A stretch of DNA of 63,149 nt, filler included, from Globobulimina sp. (GCA_003354225.1; 22 parts of 22 records of this genome joined end to end with filler, not necessarily neighbours in it), one strand, 5' to 3'. Shown: positions 38,299 to 51,801, counted from the whole stretch's first letter. Numbers and translations: made by a program. The notes: generated from the letters alone by a model not told the origin.

Positions 38299-40161
38299 AT
38301 GAGCAACACAAACTTTGTACTGAGTTTAAAAGAAGAGCTTGCTTTAATTCGTACATATATTTGGCATACAAAACGTGATGAGAGTAGGCTCCGTCGTAAA
38401 TTATCATCCATTGAATTAAAAATTGAGCAGTCACGACGTCAATTACGAGATGTTTTAAAATTTATGAAGCAACATCAGAATGGAATTGATGTTCATTTAA
38501 AAAAACTATCAAAAACAGAAAATACATTAAGAGAACAAATTGATAATATTTTTCATGAACCAATGGCAAAAGAAATAAAAAAATATAATAATAAACATAA
38601 TAATTTAAGCAATGGCAAAAGAAAACAAACCAAAAGAGCTAAAAAATTAAACAGTGATTTAATAGAAATTGTGCAACATAGAAATGACCACGAATCAAGA
38701 CTCGATTCTTCTTATTGTACATTCAAATTAATATCGTCTTTATTGAGCGATGAAACTAAGCCCAATCAGTACGCATACAACACAATGGATGACATCAATA
38801 ATAACATCGAATTGGATGATAATATATCACCCTCAGTGTCTGAGTACATTTATTACAGAACAGAAATATCAAAAATACAAAGGGAATTAGTTGAATGTGT
38901 TGAAAAACGAGAACTAGCAAATCAGGCCCAGTATGACACCAAACTGTTGCTAAAGAAACAAATTCCAAAAAAATGTATAAAATGCCACTGTCAATGCAAG
39001 CATCGAGATAAGCAATTAATAATTTGCAGTTCCACATTAATATATGATTCAGATTCGGATAATTCGGATAATTCGGATTCGGGTAGTTCTGTTGTTGTGA
39101 GCATCATAATAAGCAAAGAAATACTGCGCAACGAGCTAATTAAATTAGGACAAGATATTCATCAAAGAAGCGGCTTAATTCGCCAACAGCGCCGAGACGG
39201 CATCTGCCATTTACGCGTATTTGTCGGCTCAGAACTGATTACTTGGATGGTCAAGTCCGGCATTGTCAAAACGAGATACGAGGCCTCCATACTGTCCTCA
39301 TTGCTGATTGACGGCGGATACATTTACTGTGCGTACTCAAAACCAAAAACCAAAGCAAAAGCCAAATACAAAAACAATTATAATTATAACAGGAAGTCAA
39401 ACACAAAAAGAATATTATTATTAACTACGAAGAACCCATCAATTACACTAAAACCACCATCTGTATTATCTGAAACGCGTTCATTAACCACACTGTCTTC
39501 CTCTTTGTTAATGTGTACACCAAACAAATTGTTGCTGGGTGGTGGCAGTCCCGTTGTCATCGATGATAACAACAATAATAATAACAACAATATGAACAGT
39601 ATGAATAGTACATCCTCGGTGATATCAATGGCCTCCTCATTATCAGCAATGTCTGCAATATCTGGTACTTCCTCATCCATATTTTCTAATCGTTCGTCAT
39701 CGCCTTCATCGGAATCGCAATCCTCTTCTTTATCATTAATAAATAATGCAGCATTTGTGAATAGTGAATGCAATGTCAATCCTATTGATTGTAGCTGTTT
39801 GTGTCGATATTGTATTGCATCAAACAAAGCACTCAATCTATCCTTTAATGACACCAATGATTTGTATCGCTTTCGATGCGATGACTCGCGAATTGAAAGG
39901 ATATCAAAAATGGGCTGGCTAGAAAAGTTTGGCAGATTTCGTTCGAAAAAAAGGCATTTCATTTGGGACGGTGTGAGGAGACAATTGCGGGAATACAAAA
40001 CCAAGGGAGATATTGTACCATTATACAAATATCCATTCAATAAAAATACACAAATTAAAACATCTGCAAATGATGAATGTGTCGTTTGTATCATTTTTAT
40101 TACGAATAGCAATCCAAACACAAATACAAATGCAAAAACAAAAACAAATACTAATCACATA
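38299..40161 (+). CDS. Coiled-coil + DEP + PH domain protein (3' truncated)
   Basis: DEP: FVGSELITWM..TRYEA..LIDGGYI..F.D..LYRF. PH start: KMGWLEKFG..KKRHF. Confidence 0.78.
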
Positions 40162-40780
40162 NNNNNNNNNNNNNNNNNNNNNNNNNNNNNNNNNNNNNNN
40201 NNNNNTTAATTAATTAANNNNNNNNNNNNNNNNNNNNNNNNNNNNNNNNNNNNNNNNNNNNAAATGTGTCCACTTATTATGAGTACAAAAAGTCTCATAA
40301 TCAATATTTGATGCTTGCAGCTGCACATTGCATTTTTCATATATTCCAATTCAGATTCATTTCCATAATCTGAAACACACACAATTTGATGATACACATG
40401 AATGTCAGTTGATTAATATTAATGTATGTTGAACTGTTTCAAATATATTGATTCATGCTATTTGTGAATATTTTCGATTATGTTAACCTTGGTATTTCTA
40501 ACGGTATGATGGAAAATATATAATCAACGCATGAAACGGTACACGAACCATAAGCGCATTGAATTGAGCTGACGATATTCATGATTCGTAAAGTAAAATT
40601 AAAAAAAAAACCACACATAATCCGCTGCAAAAAAAGCATATCGTTAATTTGCAACATCACAAAAAACGCACAGGTCACGTAACAAAATGGTGATTGATTT
40701 AATTTTCCGATTTACAATCTGGTAGTCAATAAATTGGTGCTTAAGCTTTGAATATGAACTTTTACCTTCTTATTTTTATA

Positions 40781-41530
40781 TCATTTAGATTTCTCATTTT
40801 CCATTTTATCAGCCATTAATTTAAATTCCCTTTGCGCTGTTTTTGATATCCATATCATTCCAAATATAAACACGGCAATAAATATAATACCAACAATTAA
40901 AATGTTTGAATTTTCTTCATATAATCCAGCCATGCCTTTGTCGCTCATTTGTGATATTTCACTCAATGCCGATAAGCCGGATCCAATGAAACACCAACCC
41001 ATCGTCGATGGTATCATACCAATACACGCCAACAAATAATCCCCAATGCTAACATGTGTAATTCCTAACAAATAATTTAACGGATTATACGGCATTATCA
41101 CACGTAACAACATCATTACTTTGAGTCCATTTTTTTTCATTAAAATCTGCGCGATCTCAAATTGTTTGTACTGTTTTGCCAACGCATTGACCCAATTAAA
41201 AAACAGTAACTTACAAACTAAAAATGTCAATAACGCGCCACAAGTCGCACCAACAAAATCCACGGTACATGCTATAATATACCCTTTATAGCCCCCATAA
41301 ATCGTTGCAAATATATAACCTGAGCCTAATGTTAAAATCACCGCAGGAATGCAGAATACTGCGGTCACTGAATACAAAAACACGTAATAAATAGCCCCAA
41401 CTCCGGGATTCAATTCTACCCAACCCAGGAAAGCTCCAAATAATCCAAATACATATTCTTGGTAAATATACCCAAGTATTAGACAAAAACACAACACTCC
41501 AACTCCAAGTATTTTCGCAAAGTTAGCCAT
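40781..41530 (-). CDS. TVP38: TVP38/TMEM64 (VTT/DedA) family membrane protein
   Basis: IPAVILTLGSGYIF, GATCGALLTFL and LLRVIMPYNPLNYLLGIT. Confidence 0.9.
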   Translation of the reverse strand: MANFAKILGVGVLCFCLILGYIYQEYVFGLFGAFLGWVELNPGVGAIYYVFLYSVTAVFCIPAVILTLGSGYIFATIYGGYKGYIIACTVDFVGATCGALLTFLVCKLLFFNWVNALAKQYKQFEIAQILMKKNGLKVMMLLRVIMPYNPLNYLLGITHVSIGDYLLACIGMIPSTMGWCFIGSGLSALSEISQMSDKGMAGLYEENSNILIVGIIFIAVFIFGMIWISKTAQREFKLMADKMENEKSK

Positions 41531-41570
41531 ACAAATATTATATCTTTTTAAGTTTATTTACTCAGTCAGC

Positions 41571-43036
41571 ATGGCGTCGCAGCGAACTCAACGAAAACAA
41601 AACAAAAAAAGAAGAAAGAAAATCAAAAAAGTGGTCGCTACCACAATAGACGAAGCATATCTAATGTATATGAAATTGCATGACAACCGCCCGCCGACAG
41701 CCAGCAGATTAAAAAAATTCATCAATGATGAAAAAAGAGTAGAAATGGGACACATTGATTTTGTCACTTGTGATACCTACCTACGTAGCTCAGGCAGAGG
41801 GCGCAAAACATCAGGAACCTCATCCTATGATGTTGCCTCATCATCATCTCGGAGGAAATCAAACATTGCAGCAAAATCCAAATCATTTCTCATTGAAAAA
41901 CAAACGAAAAAAACAAAACGCTCCGCAAAATCTGTGGACTACAAAGATGGGGACAAATATGTGAGAAAAAAGAAATATTCCAACAACAAATCGCGCGCAG
42001 AGAAGCCAGTCACGTCACTGACCACATTAAGCCACACAAAACTGTACAAAAATTCATATGGTACAACTAAGAGCAGCATTGGCCGGAAACAAAAAGCAAT
42101 CAAAAACAGCAGAAAAACAACTGACAATAACCACAAAAACAGAAAAAATAACCGTAAGCCTGGCATCAGCACATTGACAACATACAAATCAGAACATGTA
42201 AAGATGCCCAGCGATGAGGAATTATCACAGCTTATCAGTGAGATTCCTTCCTCGCCGGCATTGAATGCCATTAAACATAAGAAACCGGTGCATAATGCCT
42301 CTATGGTTGTGGACGCAAACTCAGTTTTAAAAAGCTTCCCTTTCATCGGACATATGTTATTGGAGCAATGTCACCGCTTGAAAGTCAATGATAAGATCGA
42401 CCATCGATATGTCGATGGACAGTTTCTGTCCGCCACTGTATTGGCGAAGAATGGCAGTAAAGTCAAACTAAACTATGACAAATACGGTCCGTATCAATCT
42501 AAATATGATATATGGAGCGATTATAAATATGAAAGGTATGCACAGTTACAGTGTGTATTAATTTTGTTATGTACAGTAATGCATTCATTTTGTTATAAGA
42601 TATCGTTTTGCCAAACGTCACTCCATCACATTGCGTGCAGCCCATCGAATGCTCGATGTCAACATTGGAGATTTCGTAGATATAAATCCCAAACGACACA
42701 AAAAGAAATCACATCGGAGCTGGAAAGTGGGTGAAGTTATAAAACGTGATTACAAGTCTGGACAAATCAAAGTTGAATACACGCATAAGACGAGAAAGTA
42801 CGAATACTGGACGCATTTGGATAATGTGGATGAAATAGCTCCCTTTGCCACGATGGTGGTACAGCCAAAGTTTGCCAACAGTAACATGGCAGCCATGCCT
42901 CCGCTGGATATCAATATTGAGGGCAAAATGAATGACGTTTCCACATCTAATAAAGCCATTGAGTTTGCCCACAGATTCCCGCAATTGAACCTTGATACTG
43001 GTATTATCACAGCAGACAGCATAACAGCAGAGAAAA
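41571..43036 (+). CDS. Basic N-terminus + tandem Tudor/Agenet-like module, spliced, 3' truncated
   Basis: LKVNDKIDHR..YD..KYDIWSDY; intron 42536-42599; RFAK..GDFVDINP..WKVGEV..SGQIKVEY..YWTHLDN. Confidence 0.65.
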
Positions 43037-43136
43037 NNNNNNNNNNNNNNNNNNNNNNNNNNNNNNNNNNNNNNNNNNNNTTAATTAATTAANNNNNNNN
43101 NNNNNNNNNNNNNNNNNNNNNNNNNNNNNNNNNNNN

Positions 43137-44060
43137 AAACAATCCGGTACATAGAGCATGGAGAATCTGAGCAAAAATACCGAGCTTCGGATGAATTATT
43201 GCAAAATCAATAAATATTTGGCCACCACGTCTTATTTTAAATATATATTAATGTTAAAAACTAAAAAAAAACAAATTATTTACATACCGTAGCAAACTGA
43301 AACCGAACGCAAATATTAAACAGAATGGATACCATCTTATTCTTTGAAATAATTTACCAAATTCTTTATCTTTTACTTGTTTGCCAATTAAGTAATAAAT
43401 GATTACACTGTAAATCGTCACTATTATTAAATGGATATAAAAACAAAACCATCTCCAAATACGATCGATTTGATGTACGTCTCGGATCCAACAATGATGC
43501 CCAACGTCGCCGTAACTCTGTGTACATAACGGCAATAATGACAAAATAAACGGAATTCCATAATTTATGGATATCATTAATTTCTCGCGTTGGTATATGA
43601 CATCGTGATGTTTCCATACTTTTGGATAAAATATGGCGGAGTACATGACCCAGCCAATGGTCGCTATCCAGTAAAATGTGCAAACGCCGCCGTAATTTAT
43701 TGCAAATGCTTGGAACATGCATAAATATCTCCGTTCATTGTGTATATCTCCTAATATTTTCGCAAAATCTCGAAGTGCATTTGCCAGAGCGATGTGCAAA
43801 TACAACGGGAATTTTTGCGTGAAACGTAAATTTTTACAATAACTTGCTGTCCATTTGCAGTATTTGTCGTAAAATTTGCCGAGATCTGCATGTAGCCAAC
43901 ACATTAATGGTCGTAATTGTTGAAATCGCATATATGTAAATATGATAAAGACTTCGCAGAACAGTGACAATACGCTGACTGATATGCTTATGAACGATAC
44001 CACTCTCTCCATATCCATATCATCCAATAAGGTCTGCGCATTTAATATGAATGACTGCAT
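43137..44060 (-). CDS. cAMP-receptor-like / GCR1-type GPCR (3' truncated)
   Basis: LCMFQAF, YWIATIG, LSLLPL..SYGDVGHHCWI..WRWFCFY and RIRWYP; intron near 43287. Confidence 0.85.
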
Positions 44061-44187
44061 TGGTGATTGGTTTAAGTCCGCAGAAAACTTTGTTTTTATA
44101 TCAAAGTACTAAAGATTTAGATCTGTCACAAAAAAACAAGAACATTCATTCACTGCAAACATTCATTCATTCACTGCAAAAAAACAA

Positions 44188-45537
44188 TTATTTAAATAAA
44201 TGATCTACATTCAAACCGATCCGTTGATATTCTTCAATTTTTTGTTTTGCCCATTGACTAATTTGATATTGTTCATCTTTATATTGCTTTATTATTTTAG
44301 TTTGATAAATTGTGTCTATTTCCAAACATTCAATTTCTCGCCGTTTCTTGTCAATAATTTGCTTTCTCAAAAAACTTTGAACTTTGACAGCATCCTTTCG
44401 TCTTTTCTCCACAGTCAATCTCTGCTCAACTTTATACATTTCTGTATCAGCATTAATCTCTTTTAATCTCTTTTGATCCGCCAACAATTCCCTTTCTTTC
44501 AATTCTTTTTTTTTATTTTGTTGCAAATTGCATTCAATCAAACATTGCTGTAATAATAATGTTTGTTTTTTTGCTTTTTCCTTTTCAATCTCTTCCTTCT
44601 TTTCCTCCGCTTCTTTCACCTGTTTCCTAACACTGTCATCTTGATTTAATTTTAAATTCTCTAAATATTTGGTTTGTGAATCAATTAAATTCTGTCTGAT
44701 TTGTTGCCTTTCTTCAAATCTTGTTTTTTCTTTACGTTTCCGCATATTTGCGATGCGCTGTTTTTCTGTCGCATATTTCTGAATTTTTTCGTTTTCAGAT
44801 TTATCTCTTTCTGACAATGCAAGTTTTTGCTGAATTTGTTGATTTTGCTGTTTAATCATTTCTTTTTCCATTTTTTTTATATTTTTTAATCGATTTTTCT
44901 CTTTTTCAATGTATTTATTTTCTTCTTCTTTGGCAATAACTAATAAATATTTGGCTTCTTGTTCTCGTAATAATTTTTCATTCAATTTCCGTTTTTCAAT
45001 TTCTATCAATTGTTTTTCTATAATTTTTTTTGTTTGTATTTGTTTTTTGTGTTTGATAATTAATTTTTCATTTTCCTTTTCGTCACATTTTTGCATCGAA
45101 TTTAAGGTTTGTTGCAAATATTTTTTTTCCAGTGTTTTATCCATATTTTTTTGATATTGTTTGATTTTTATTTGTTGCTCTCTTTGATGCACAATATCGG
45201 CCATCATCAATTTCGATTTAAATCGTCGGATTTCATCACTTTGCTCTTGTTTGCATAAATTCGCTCTTGCTATCATTTTTGCTCTTTTTTTTTGTCGCAA
45301 TTTCTCTTCTTTTTCATCTAAGCTTCGTTATAATCGTTGTTCTGTTTCTTTTTTTTTTATTTTATCTTCGATTTTTTTACGTCGCAATGCTTCGATTGTG
45401 TTGCCCCATTTTGCTGCCCTATTTTCTGACATTTCATGTAACATTTGTTTTGTCGATGACCTTTGCATGCCACATTGCAATGCATTGTCTTTTATATCGC
45501 GAAATTCTTTCGCGGATAATGTTATCGTATTAGTCAT
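44188..45537 (-). CDS. CFAP210: CFAP210/CCDC173-like trichoplein-family coiled-coil protein, interrupted by an in-frame TAA at 45328-45330
   Basis: LHEMSENRAAKWGNTIEALRRKK..EQSDEIRRFKSKLMMADIVHQREQQI. ORFs 45328-45570 and 44188-45300 share a frame and are separated by one stop. Confidence 0.72.
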
Positions 45538-46010
45538 TATAATTATAATTAATATATGAAATCTAAGCAATTATATGAGTTCTGATGACGTGTTAATTTG
45601 CAGTGATATCATTTGTTATTGACAAATAAAACATAAAATGCTGGCCATAAATATGATACTTCTATGGGAATCACGATGAAATGATAAATAACACATGGTT
45701 GCCATTATTAATACTGCAGAGTTAATTTAGATTTTCTATTTAGCAATCAACGATATATTCAAAAAGATAACACCCCACCCCATGGATACATTTTATTCAA
45801 TTATCTGAGAAACGGTTTGATAAGGTTTGCCTTTGCCGGTTTGTTCTGAATTGTGAATTAAGAACAATAGAAGCAAAACAAGATGCTTTTTAAACATTTG
45901 ATGATGATAANNNNNNNNNNNNNNNNNNNNNNNNNNNNNNNNNNNNNNNNNNNNTTAATTAATTAANNNNNNNNNNNNNNNNNNNNNNNNNNNNNNNNNN
46001 NNNNNNNNNN

Positions 46011-48762
46011 TATATAGATATGATCTAAATTTTTATCTACGGATATATGTAGTCGTGTGATCATATATATATATAGGGGTACCTGTAATAAATCATCATC
46101 TATCATTTCAATATCTATTGTATCAGAAGCAACAATATTATCAATTGTTAATGGTTCATTTAATGTATTATTATTATTATCATGATATTTATTAAGTGCT
46201 TCTTTATAAACAATATTTTTTGTGTACACACCATCATATCCATCAAACGTTCCTTGTTCATTTGTATTTTGAATTACAATTTTTAATAATTTCGGTTTTT
46301 TAATACGGGATAATGCAACATATAATTGGCCATGAGTAAAAACAGGATTTGGTAAATATAAACCTAATTTCTCTAATGTTTGTCCTTGGGATTTATTACA
46401 TGTCATCGCAAATGCTAATTGAATTGGATATTGTCTACGTTGAAATGGTAAATATATATTCTTTTTATCTTGATTTAACGTTATTTTATGAATAAATATT
46501 AATTGTCCACATCTCGCTCCAGTAATTAGTTTTCCTACGATAATATTTTCTTTGATATCAGTAACCACAAATCGTGTTCCATTGCATAAACCATCGCGTG
46601 ATGCAATATTTCTTAATAACATCATTGGTGCATGTTTTTTTAATGTTATTTTATGTAAAGGAAATCCTCCTGTTTTAAATTCCCATAATCTTTCTAATGG
46701 ATATTCCCAACAATATTCGTCTTGAATAATTCTATCTTCACTCTCTTTTGTCTCAATTTTACCCGGAAGTTTTTCTAACACTTTATCATTAATTTTCCAT
46801 ACATCTTCATTTAAAGGCGTTAAAATTGCTTGATCTGCAAAATATTTTACGTTTTTATATTCAACATCAATATCACTATAACATGAATCAATCAAATCAT
46901 CCAACGTGTTTGTTTTCAATAACCAATCATCTGGAATTCGAATCAGATTATCAATTCCATTAATTGTATGAGATGGAAATATTCCATTACCAATATCTAA
47001 TATTTGTTTTGCGTATTTTTGACCTTCAATATTATTTTGTAATCTCATATTTTTTATTAATCGGTATAGTTTAACTTTATTCCAAATTTCGCTCTTATTC
47101 ATACATGAATTAACTGTTGATGCCCAATTACCATCAGATACAATTGGTAAACATTGTTTAAAATCACCCATCAAAATTACAATTTTACCGCCCATAAATT
47201 TATCATTATCTAATATATATTTTAATGTATTGTTTAATACTTCAATGGCTGTTTTTGATAATGTTGTAATTTCATCAATAATTATTAATTTTGCTTTTTT
47301 TAATAGTTTAGCTAATCCAGTATTTTTACTAATATCAAATCGTTCAGCATCACAATTTAAATCATTAATATCTCGTGGACAATTAAAACGTGAATGAAAA
47401 GTTCTACCTCCTAATAAAATTGTGGATGCAATTCCTGTAGTTGCTGTGGATAAAGCAATGTGTCCTTTACTTCGAACATAAGACAGTAATGCATTTGCTA
47501 CATATGATTTACCAGCACCGCCAACACCATCGACATAAAAACCAAACCCAGTTTTGTTTTCATCTATTGCGGATTTAATTTCTTCATATAATTTTTTTTG
47601 ATCACCATTAAAATCATCTTCTCTTTTTTTATATAATCTTTTACATTCATTTTTATCATAATCTAATTCTTCTCTTATTTCTGCACATATAGCTGTTTCA
47701 ATACAACATTCGTCTATTGACGGTATATTAAAACCATAATTAATAATTGAATCATTGTATGATGCTAATTGTTCATGTATTTTTAATAATCCTGTGTTAT
47801 ATATTTCAAAAGTATATTCTTCTGAGTTTTGAGCGTTTCTAATGTCAGAACACATTTCATTTTTGAAATGGTTCCATAATTCCAATGGATCAACAGGCTG
47901 TGACCACCTTAATAAAGTTACAAATAAAGTCCGTAGTGCTCGAGCATTTTTGAAAAAACATGCTTCTTCTAAACAACGCCAATGTTCCTGATCATTCTCT
48001 AATAACCCCATTGCTTTGCAAGCTTCTATATAACTATTATATTCTGTTCCATTAATAGTTCTTAAATTTTTCCAACTGGTAGCCCCATGTTTTTTTAATA
48101 ATAACATTCGCATAAAATGTCGAACTCTTTCAGTAACATTGGTCAATTGAATTCTACCAACGTTTGCTTTTTTGCATCTTTTTGTTCTTCTTTTCCATTC
48201 ATTTTTTTTTTGATTCCAACTGTAAAATTCTGCATATTGATGATATAATAGTTCATATCCGTGTGGACCTATTATTCCATCTTTCATTGTTCTTTTTTCT
48301 ATAGATAATTGTTTTTGTTTTTCAATAGCATTATTTCTAAAAAACTCAGTCAATTTAGTCTTACTTGATTTTTCAATATCATCATGTATTTTTGTTGCAT
48401 CATTTTCATCCCAATATATTGTTTCTTTTTTGCTGACATGTACAGGCAATCTTGTAACTTTTGGATAGTTATCCCAATGTTTAAAACCATATATTTTACC
48501 CACAGCTTCATATGGACAAATATATCTACAATCTTCGCGCATTGCAATTTCATTAATTGGATCTTCAGAATCTTTTACGACAATCGATGCACGATCTGTG
48601 CCTTTCTGAACATATTTGAATATATATTTAACACATTCTACATTTGCAACACATTCTACATTAACATGACAACGCAATGCTTTTAATAAACCTGGATTAT
48701 ATGGAACAACCCATTTGTTATCTACAAAATTATATTCAGTTTCGTAAACAAAGCCATTATCC
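46011..48762 (-). mobile_element. Helitron RepHel (end of Rep + PIF1 helicase), partial
   Basis: VDNKWVVPYNP..CHVNVE..VKYIFKYVQKG.D (catalytic Tyr motif), DGVGGAGKS, IIIDE, GDFKQCLP, LLRNI..GLCNGTR, QYPIQLAFAMTCNKSQGQT and HGQLYVALSR. Confidence 0.95.
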
Positions 48763-48884
48763 TGTATATTGAATCAAATAATTANNNNNNNNNNNNNNNN
48801 NNNNNNNNNNNNNNNNNNNNNNNNNNNNTTAATTAATTAANNNNNNNNNNNNNNNNNNNNNNNNNNNNNNNNNNNNNNNNNNNN

Positions 48885-51658
48885 CTGTATAATATATAAT
48901 ATTAGTACTAATATGCGTACCTCTTATCGGGAACACTACTGTAATTGTTTTGCAATCCAATACCTGCGCAAATATTTCAGTGTAAACCAGATAGAAAGTT
49001 TTTAAAATGCGTATTTTGTCACTTAGAGATATAAAACTGTGGTTAAAGTCTAATTGGCTCAGCATGCGTGCTTTCTGGTCAAGCTTATTTAGGAAGACCT
49101 CATTGGTGCAGATGGTCGATACTAAATTGTCAATGTCATGCGTACAGAGATGAGCGCCTAGATAACGTAAATGGGACACAATCTGCAGTGGTTTGTTATA
49201 TAATAAGCACATATGATGCATTTTGGATATGATCCAACTATCATCGCGAATTATGTTTTTCCAGATAATATGGAATGGTTTGTTGGTTATTTTGTTTTTG
49301 TAGTATGCGCAATGGAGTTTAAAGTCGTTGTAAATGTCAGATGGTATTTCATCAATGTGATAGGTGCAGATTTGGCCATCGATGTCCACCGCTGTCACCA
49401 CTTTATTTATGGGTCGCTGTATAAGTACCATTGGTGCTTCTTTTTGGTTCATTTGGGCGAGCGCCGTGTGGTATTCATGGGTGATAATTTGTTTCTGTGT
49501 GGGGCTATAATGGCTGGTATTATTTGTGAGTGTGTCGGGGTCATTGTATATCATGGTCTTGCATTTATTGGCGTTAAAAGTGTACGCCCAGTTTATGCTA
49601 TGTCTCTCGCAGATTTTCAGCAATGCTGAGAGATTCTCAATGGAGTTGGCCAGCAGTACGACGTCATCTGCATAGAATATGCAAGCAATGGGGACATTTG
49701 GATCTGGGGAAGTGGCTCCTTTGCCAGAGTCTTGTAGCTCGGATATCATGTCATTGATGAAAGCGGCAAACAATATGGGGCTAAGTACGGAGCCCTGCAG
49801 GACTCCATTGTGCAGTTTAAAGAGTTGGGTTATGAATGGAATATCCCTTATTGCCGAGTGGGAGTTGTCATAAATTGCTTTTATTATTTTGCAGATATTG
49901 ACTGGAATGTTAAAATTGTGGTGCAATTTGAAGAGCAATCCTTTGCGCCACACTGTGTCAAACGCCTTGCGGATGTCTAGCGATGCACAGTAGAGAGGTT
50001 TGTGTTGTTTCACGGCAGTCTCAGATATTAGGTGTAATGTGCCGATCTGCTCAGGGACACCGCGTTTGGCTCTATTGCCGCCTTGTAATATGTGTAGGTT
50101 ACGTCGGAATGTGTGTTCGATATTCATTTCCCAGAGCACCAGGCGTTCATAGGCTTTAAAGATAAGCGGAAGCAGAGTTATGGGGCGATAATGGTTCGGT
50201 GTATCACCATCGGGCTTTTTTAGAATTGATATGACAGAACCAAGCCTGCAGTAGAAAGGAACGATGTAGGTTTGGTTCCAGACGTTAAACATGGTGCATA
50301 GGAGCTGATTTATTATGTCTCCATTTAATTTAAGGTGCTGCGATTTGATTCCATCATAGCCCGGTGCAGAATTGGAATTGGCAAACTGTAGAGCCATTTC
50401 TACCGATGAATATTTAAGGTATTTGTCATCGATCGGGTCAGTGTTAGACGTATCGTCAGAGGGTCCGGTGAGATGCGTGGGGTCACTGTGGGCACTTTGT
50501 GGGGAGACGGGGATAGCACCCGGGGTGATACTCGGCATTCCAATGAGGACATCATCGTCTTCATCAGCCAGACCATTGGAGTGTGTATGTTCAAGATGGA
50601 ACATCTCGTTCTGTTCATTTTCGATCCTTCCAACATGATTTGGATCGTAATGCGGGACACCTTCAATTATGTTCGGGCAATGCCAATTCTCTGTAGTGTC
50701 TATTAAGGGTTCAAGGGGTGGCGGTGGATTCGTTTCTGACTCTGTTTCGGTTGGTTTGGAGGGTATGAAAGTGATGGTGTTGTGTGCAAAATTATGTAGG
50801 TTGATATTAAATTGGTTTATTTCACGGACATTGGGGTTTGTTGCAGGGTCTGTTATTGGGCCATTTATGCGCGCAAAGTGGTCTGCCAAGGCTGTGTTTT
50901 TCGGGACTTTTGTTCCGGTATAATTCAAGTACGGTTCATCCTCAATATAGTCAAGGCTGCGATGCATCGACTTGAACCGTTTTAACTTCCCGCAATGGTC
51001 TAAGTTGCCGAAATTGACAGTGTTTCTGCGTAGATCATCAATTTTTTCTTGTTTGTAAAGTGCTGCTGCTTCATCCAAGATTTCATTGCCTTTTTTGTAG
51101 TCTGGATCGGTATTGTTTAGGACGGATTGTTTTATGTTCAGGTTCAAACGTTTCATCGATGAGTTTGACCATTTGCTGATAGATTCGAAATCTGAGACAC
51201 CGTACGCTTTGATCGTGGCCAGGTGTATGGTGTACATGGTGCAAAGGGAAGTTACATGGGATATGAAGTCCCGATCGTTAGGGCTGGTGTAGTAATCTGT
51301 GCCAATTGCAAAGCGCTTAATGAATCGTAGCTTGTCAGCCAGGATCTTACGGTGTATTTCTTTTAATTTGGCATTCGGATCATATGCTCTTAGGACAAAG
51401 TGCTGATCTGCATAAGATACGTTGCATTTGGTGTTTTTGAGGGCAAAAATCACCGGTCGATGGTCAGTAAAAATCGGGTGAGTGTCAACTTTGAGCGAAT
51501 CAATGGCAACGAGTTTATCTGCCATTACGTAATCAATGATTGAGCCACCTTTATGCTCGACATCCTTGGAGAGGCAGGTCAAGAAATATGGCGCAAAGAT
51601 GGGATTGGCAATACGTAGATCGGTCTGCATTAATAATGATTTCATATGATGATAATGC
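48885..51658 (-). mobile_element. Non-LTR retrotransposon (LINE) ORF2: APE endonuclease end + reverse transcriptase, partial
   Basis: SIIDYV..TDHRPV (APE), APGYDGI, YRPITLL, LDIRKAFDTV, GVLQGSVLSPILF, YADD and RYLG; higher GC than host genes. Confidence 0.95.
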
Positions 51659-51801
51659 NNNNNNNNNNNNNNNNNNNNNNNNNNNNNNNNNNNNNNNNNN
51701 NNTTAATTAATTAANNNNNNNNNNNNNNNNNNNNNNNNNNNNNNNNNNNNNNNNNNNNAAAGTCACAAAGAAACAATGTGTAATATATATATATATATAT
51801 C

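Noticed and set aside
39384-40121. 245-aa antisense ORF (and similar, e.g. 17608-18030, 37339-37824)
   Set aside because: They overlap well-supported genes on the opposite strand and show no motifs of their own.
44141-44180. Short tandem duplication (CATTCATTCACTGCAAA x2)
   Set aside because: A two-copy local slippage between genes with no further structure.
46011-51658. Helitron next to a LINE RT as a composite helicase-RT system
   Set aside because: They lie on different contigs separated by a spacer; the adjacency comes only from length sorting.
48885-51658. RT as retron, DGR, group II intron or defence RT
   Set aside because: The upstream APE endonuclease motifs and the PG.DG / YRPI / QGS.LSP.LF pattern identify a non-LTR retrotransposon.
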